64,000 nucleotides of DNA from an uncultured delta proteobacterium. Its GTDB lineage: Bacteria > Myxococcota_A > Polyangia > Polyangiales > Polyangiaceae. Positions 59,546-64,000 of the stretch are shown here, one piece after another. Both the position numbers and the translations under genes were made by a program. The first letter of the stretch is position 1. Each line of letters begins with the position of its first letter. Below the pieces are notes generated by a model that saw nothing but the letters and a program-made list of their open reading frames with translations, had not been told where the DNA came from and did not search any database. The stretch lies in the NCBI GenBank assembly GCA_963841435.1, contig CAWJCS010000003.1:896001-960000 (forward strand), read 5' to 3'.

Positions 59546-60961
59546 TCAGGCTAGCTGCGTGAGCGGCCCCGTGTCGGGGTTGACGTTGCCGACGCTCGTC
59601 GTGCTCGACATGCCCATGAGCTGGCAGATCGACACGAGGAGCTTGGCCGACGCTTCCTTGTTCACGTCGAGAAAGCGTCCCGTCGAAAGGCCGAGCGAGC
59701 CGCCGCCCGCCATCACGGCGCACCAGGGCTGCATGGCGTGCGACGTCGTCCCGAGCTCGCGCGCCCAGACGACGAGCGTGTTGTCGAGCAGCGAGCTGCC
59801 GCCCTCGTCGATCGCGTCCATCGCCTGGAGCATCGCGACGATCTGTTCGCAATACCAGGTGTCGATGGCCATGAGCTTGTCGCGGTTGTCGGCGTTCTGA
59901 TGCGACATGGTGTGGTGCGCCACCGTGTGGCCGAGCCAGGTGTGCGTCACGTTGCTGAAGCCGCAGCTCAGCTGCACGCTCATCACACGGGTGAGATCGC
60001 AGGCGAAGACGTGCGGCACCAGGCCGAGCATCGCGCCGACCTCCGCCGGGAAATTCGCGTTGTTGGCGGAGCGTCCACTCGCCTCGGGGCGAGCCGGCAG
60101 GGTGCATCCGACCACGGGAGCGGGCGGCATGGCCTTCACGCGTGCCTCGATGGCGCGGAGCCCCGCGAGGTGCGCGTCGATCTTCGGGTACTCTTCCGAG
60201 CTTACCTTGGTGCGTAGCCGGTCGAGGTCGCTCATCACCAGATCGAGAATGCTCGTCTGCTCGAGCTCTTTTTGCACGGCCGCGGGATCGACCATCGGCG
60301 GCTCGCCCGTCGACGGCATCACGCCCGCGAAAAGCCGGTCGAAAGCGGCTTGCGGGTTCGTTTCCGGGTGCAGCGGCTGGTCGTCGCCCTTGTAGATGAC
60401 GCGCGTCACGCTCGTGGGGTTGCCGCACTGCACGCCGAGCTCGACGGTGCGATAGGACGTCTCGAGCATGGGATCCGAAGGCGAGCGCAGGTAAGGCAGC
60501 CCGTCGCCGTACGCCGCTGCCACGATCTGATCGACCGAGGGGCCGCTGCCCCAGCCCGTGCGATGCCCATTGCCGCCGTCGAAGTCGGCTCCGTTGCCGG
60601 GATCCTTGAGCTTTGCTCCCGTGAACATCCCGGCGCTGCCGAAGGCGTGCTGCTCGCCCGCTCCGGTTGCGCTCATCTTGAGGCCCCAGGGGATCACGAT
60701 CTTTTGCTGGAGCGGTGCGAGCGGCTGGTGGATCGGGTGCAGCGTGAACGCCGTCTCGCTTCCCTGGGGCTTCCAGTCGATGGGGCCCGCGGAGCTGTCG
60801 GAGTCGGCCGTGCCGTCGGGCGTGAAGATCAAGAGCAGTCGCTTCGGCCGTGCCAGCTCCTGACCGCTCGCGTTGAGCAGCGGAACGAACGGCGCGGCGG
60901 CCGTGCTGATACCCAGGCTCTTCAGAAAGCCGCGACGGGAGAGGAAGGGGCGGGATCTCAT
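59546..60961 (-). CDS. DUF1552 family protein with Tat signal
   Basis: LSRRGFL, PKRLL, SVDQIVA, NPQAAFDRLF, FACDLTRV, LLDNTLV. Confidence 0.88.
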   Translation of the reverse strand: MRSRPFLSRRGFLKSLGISTAAAPFVPLLNASGQELARPKRLLLIFTPDGTADSDSSAGPIDWKPQGSETAFTLHPIHQPLAPLQQKIVIPWGLKMSATGAGEQHAFGSAGMFTGAKLKDPGNGADFDGGNGHRTGWGSGPSVDQIVAAAYGDGLPYLRSPSDPMLETSYRTVELGVQCGNPTSVTRVIYKGDDQPLHPETNPQAAFDRLFAGVMPSTGEPPMVDPAAVQKELEQTSILDLVMSDLDRLRTKVSSEEYPKIDAHLAGLRAIEARVKAMPPAPVVGCTLPARPEASGRSANNANFPAEVGAMLGLVPHVFACDLTRVMSVQLSCGFSNVTHTWLGHTVAHHTMSHQNADNRDKLMAIDTWYCEQIVAMLQAMDAIDEGGSSLLDNTLVVWARELGTTSHAMQPWCAVMAGGGSLGLSTGRFLDVNKEASAKLLVSICQLMGMSSTTSVGNVNPDTGPLTQLA

Positions 60962-60973
60962 CGTGATTCCGTA

Positions 60974-62812
60974 TTAATTGCCGATCGCGCGCACGTGGCG
61001 GAACGCGGGGGATAGGACGATGGACGTGATGAGGTCGCGCACGTTGCCAGTCGTGGCGAAGCTCTCGTGAATCGCGCGTAGCGCGCAGCCGTCGTCGGTG
61101 GATTCCATGCGACCGAGCGAGTAGCGGAACCACTGGTTGGCGACGCAGTCACTCACCGTGCGGCTCGCCGCGAGGCGCTGCCCGAGCTCGACGCCGCCGA
61201 CGTAGGGGACCTCGAGGTCGGGGCCGGCGTCGTAGATGACGCCCGTCGCGTCGATCGTTTCGCCCCCTTCGGTGGTGCGGTACTTGCCGATGCCGTCGTA
61301 GTTTTCGAGCGACAGCCCAATCGGGTCCATCTGCGTGTGGCAGCCGCCGCACGTGGGGTCGGACTCGTGGGCCACGAAGCGGTCGCGCGCCGTGGGGCCG
61401 AGCGAGGGCGGCAGCGGCGACGCCATCACGTCGAGCGGCGGCGGCTCGATGGGCTGGCACAGGATGTTCTCCCGCACGGCGATGCCGCGATGAACGGGCG
61501 AAGGGGAGTCCCCACGGTAGTGCTTCACGAGAAAGGCAGCCTGCGTGAGCAGCCCGCCGCGCTCGGTGGGATCGAGCTCGACGCGCGTGCCGGGGGTAAA
61601 GCCGGGCGGCTCGGCAAGACCGTAGGTCCCGAACAGCGGGCCCTCGGGGAAGGAGAAGCTCGCCGTGAACAGCGTGCTCAACAGGCCGTCGCCGCTTCGG
61701 ACGACGTAATCGGTGAAGGTCGTCGTCTCGTCGATCATCGCGGTCGCAACGTCCGGCTGCGTCTGGCCGAGCGTGCCGAACTCGTTCGCGTTGATGGCGA
61801 GCCACTGCAAGTGGAACGACGGCACGGAGTCGCGCGCCTTCGGGTCGGCGAGCATGCGGGCGACCTGGGCGTCGAGCGTCGCGTCGTCGTCGAGCGCGCC
61901 CCCGGCGGCGAGATCGAAGAGCGCCTGGTCGGGCATCGTGTCCCACATGAAGTACGAGAGGCGCGAGGCGAGCTCGTACGACGTGAGCGGTTCCGGCTTG
62001 GCGGACGGCGCGCCGCTCGCGCCGATGTCGGCGTGGTAGAGGAAGAACGGCGATTGGAGCATCGCTTCCACGACGAGGCGGAAGCCGTTCGTGGCGTCGC
62101 TCCCCCCGACGGCGAAGAGGGCCGCGTAGGCGTCGACCTCGGACGGCTCGAGCGGACGGCGGTAGGCTTTGAGCCCGAATTCGGCGATGAAATTTCGAAC
62201 GCACGCATCGCCCGTCGCAAGGTCGCAAGGCGAAAGCTCGGCGATGCGGCTCTTCGCGCCGACGGCCAGCGCCTGTGCCGCTTCCTGGAGCTGCTGAACC
62301 ACGAGATCGGTGATGGGCGAGATGGCGTTGCTCGTGAACGGACCCACGGTTTCGTCGGGGGAGATGCCCGCGGCGGGGGTTCCCGTCGCGCCCAACAGAT
62401 CGCGCACGGTGTGCTCGTACTGTGTTCGCGTGAGCCTCGCGACACGGCTCCGGCCGACGCGGAGCTGATCGCCCGTCTCGCTATCGCATTGGTCGGCGGG
62501 CGGATCCACGATACCGCCGCTGCCCGACGCGCCGGCGCTGCCGCCGGTGCCACCGCCCGTGCCGCCCGTGCTCGCGCCGCCTGTCGCCGACACCGAGCCG
62601 CCAGTGCCACCGGATGCCGAGCTGCCACCGGATGCCGAGCTGCCGCCCGTGGCACCCGTGCTGCTCGTGGCCCCGCTGCCCGTCGCGCCATCGGAGGTCG
62701 AGTCACTACTGATGGTGGCCTGACAACCGACGAGCGAAAGCGCGCTCAGCACGCCGAACAGCGTGAGACGCTGAGCGGCGAACGCGGCGCGGATGGGTCG
62801 CTCGTTTGCCAT
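60974..62812 (-). CDS. DUF1592/DUF1588/DUF1595/DUF1585 lipoprotein with CxxCH
   Basis: Lipobox LVGC, RLTRTQY, AYRRP, LQSPFFLY, YELASRLSY, SPVHRG, CGGCH. Confidence 0.9.
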   Translation of the reverse strand: MANERPIRAAFAAQRLTLFGVLSALSLVGCQATISSDSTSDGATGSGATSSTGATGGSSASGGSSASGGTGGSVSATGGASTGGTGGGTGGSAGASGSGGIVDPPADQCDSETGDQLRVGRSRVARLTRTQYEHTVRDLLGATGTPAAGISPDETVGPFTSNAISPITDLVVQQLQEAAQALAVGAKSRIAELSPCDLATGDACVRNFIAEFGLKAYRRPLEPSEVDAYAALFAVGGSDATNGFRLVVEAMLQSPFFLYHADIGASGAPSAKPEPLTSYELASRLSYFMWDTMPDQALFDLAAGGALDDDATLDAQVARMLADPKARDSVPSFHLQWLAINANEFGTLGQTQPDVATAMIDETTTFTDYVVRSGDGLLSTLFTASFSFPEGPLFGTYGLAEPPGFTPGTRVELDPTERGGLLTQAAFLVKHYRGDSPSPVHRGIAVRENILCQPIEPPPLDVMASPLPPSLGPTARDRFVAHESDPTCGGCHTQMDPIGLSLENYDGIGKYRTTEGGETIDATGVIYDAGPDLEVPYVGGVELGQRLAASRTVSDCVANQWFRYSLGRMESTDDGCALRAIHESFATTGNVRDLITSIVLSPAFRHVRAIGN

Positions 62813-63044
62813 CACGTGGTCCTCGAAATCGACAGTGCCTCGGGCCCGTGGAAGCAGGCCGAGCTGAAACGATTAAGTTACTATGATTATACCGCTCCAG
62901 CAAGTCGCCGCGGCGCTCGCGCCGCCACTGAATCGTTCTTCTGTGACCGCAAGTCAGAAGTGCAAAGCTCGGGACGGTCAACCACTCTTGAACACGATGT
63001 CGGATGGCAGCGCACACGATGGGGGCGCGGGACCGCAAGCTCGT

Positions 63045-64000
63045 CTAGAACGGCGGCGGTTCGGCCGCGGTGGTGCGATCCTCATCGTCGTGTTCGGGCG
63101 GCGACGGGGTCGTCGGAGCTTCGGGCTCGTCCTCGACGCCGGCATCGAGCGCGTCAACGGCCGTGCTCGGCGGCTCGACAGGAGCATCCGCCGTGGCGAC
63201 ACCCGTCGGTACAGTTCCGTCTAAAAATTCCTCGTCGATGGCGTCGGCCTGACCAGGGTACGCGAGCAAACCCGTGTGCGGATCGATCGTCGCTGTCACG
63301 ATGCCGCCGGGGCGTGGAAAGTCCGTGCTCGGGTGCCCGGCATGCGCCGCCTTCATGAAGCTCACCCAGATCGGCAGCGCCGTGACGGCGCCGGATTCGC
63401 CCCAGCCAAGCCCAATCGGCTCGTCGTAGCCGACCCACGTGCCCGCGACGATTTCCGTGGAAAACCCGACGAACCACGCGTCTTTCGCCTTGTTCGTCGT
63501 GCCCGTCTTGCCGGCAACGGGCCGACCGAGCGCCTTGGCGCGCTGACCGGTACCGTTCTGGACGACGCTCTGCATGAGGCTCGTCGTGAGGTACGCCTCC
63601 TCGGCGCTCATCACGCGCCGCGCGGGCGGCGTGGGCGGCAGCGGAAGCTCGACACCGCCGGGACCGACGACGCGCAGAATCAATCGCGCGGGCACAAGCT
63701 CACCGCCGCTCGCGAGCGTCCCGATCGCGTTGGCGAGCTCGAGCGGCGTGACCTCGTACGCGCCGAGCGCGAGGGACGGCGTCGGCTCGAGCCGCGACTC
63801 GATGCCGAGCGCGTGCGCCCAGGCGACGACGTTCGGCGCGCCCACCTCCTTCAGCAAGAGAGCCGCCGCGTCGTTGTCGCTCTTCGCGATGGCACCGCGC
63901 ACGCTGAGCGCGCGCGTCTCGGGAACGACGCCGTCGGGCACGCCCGCGTCCGGCTTGGGCTTTTCGTGGTTGGGCAGCGTGAGCACGCTCGCGGGCGTGA
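63045..64000 (-). CDS. Class A penicillin-binding protein (PBP1A), C-terminal part; 5' end outside the window
   Basis: SDN, SLALG, GKTGTTN, DAWFVGF, ALPIW. Confidence 0.92.
   Translation of the reverse strand, partial: TPASVLTLPNHEKPKPDAGVPDGVVPETRALSVRGAIAKSDNDAAALLLKEVGAPNVVAWAHALGIESRLEPTPSLALGAYEVTPLELANAIGTLASGGELVPARLILRVVGPGGVELPLPPTPPARRVMSAEEAYLTTSLMQSVVQNGTGQRAKALGRPVAGKTGTTNKAKDAWFVGFSTEIVAGTWVGYDEPIGLGWGESGAVTALPIWVSFMKAAHAGHPSTDFPRPGGIVTATIDPHTGLLAYPGQADAIDEEFLDGTVPTGVATADAPVEPPSTAVDALDAGVEDEPEAPTTPSPPEHDDEDRTTAAEPPPF

Noticed and set aside
62606-62645. 18-bp tandem repeat in the DUF1592-type gene
   Set aside because: In-frame GGSSAS repeats within an ordinary Gly/Ser/Thr linker.
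59546-62812. DUF1552/DUF1592 pair as a novel system
   Set aside because: A well-known, highly multicopy gene pair in myxobacteria and planctomycetes; nothing distinctive here.

Overview
GC-rich, gene-dense bacterial chromosomal segment. It is most likely Myxococcota (Polyangiaceae-like), judged by MYXO-CTERM-like tails, a DUF1552/DUF1592-type gene pair, a GYF_2-type protein and many lipoproteins. About 60 CDS were found; no rRNA, tRNA, CRISPR array or transposase was recognised. Housekeeping genes (gpmA, apbE, manC, ybeY, HU, rlmI, argD, fur, rsmG, rlpA, ferredoxin, PBP1A) are interspersed with several unusual loci: (1) a 1157-aa DyP-type peroxidase/cytochrome P450-like fusion, flanked by a Ser/Thr kinase with a cNMP-binding domain and a class III cyclase-NTPase-TPR gene; (2) an intergenic array of 7.3 near-identical 164-bp hairpin-containing units ending in a terminator-like stem; (3) an operon of YceI, a monoheme cytochrome-porin and two surface-anchored monoheme cytochromes; (4) a P1B-ATPase homolog lacking its catalytic motifs, next to fur; (5) a GT2-C45 Ntn-hydrolase fusion; (6) a RibD/QueD-like, glycosyltransferase and CDP-alcohol transferase cluster. 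Nine frameshifts were found. Eight can be repaired by removing one duplicated A in a GATC or TCGAC context, which suggests modification-linked read errors rather than pseudogenes. All family assignments come from motif recognition by eye, not from database searches.
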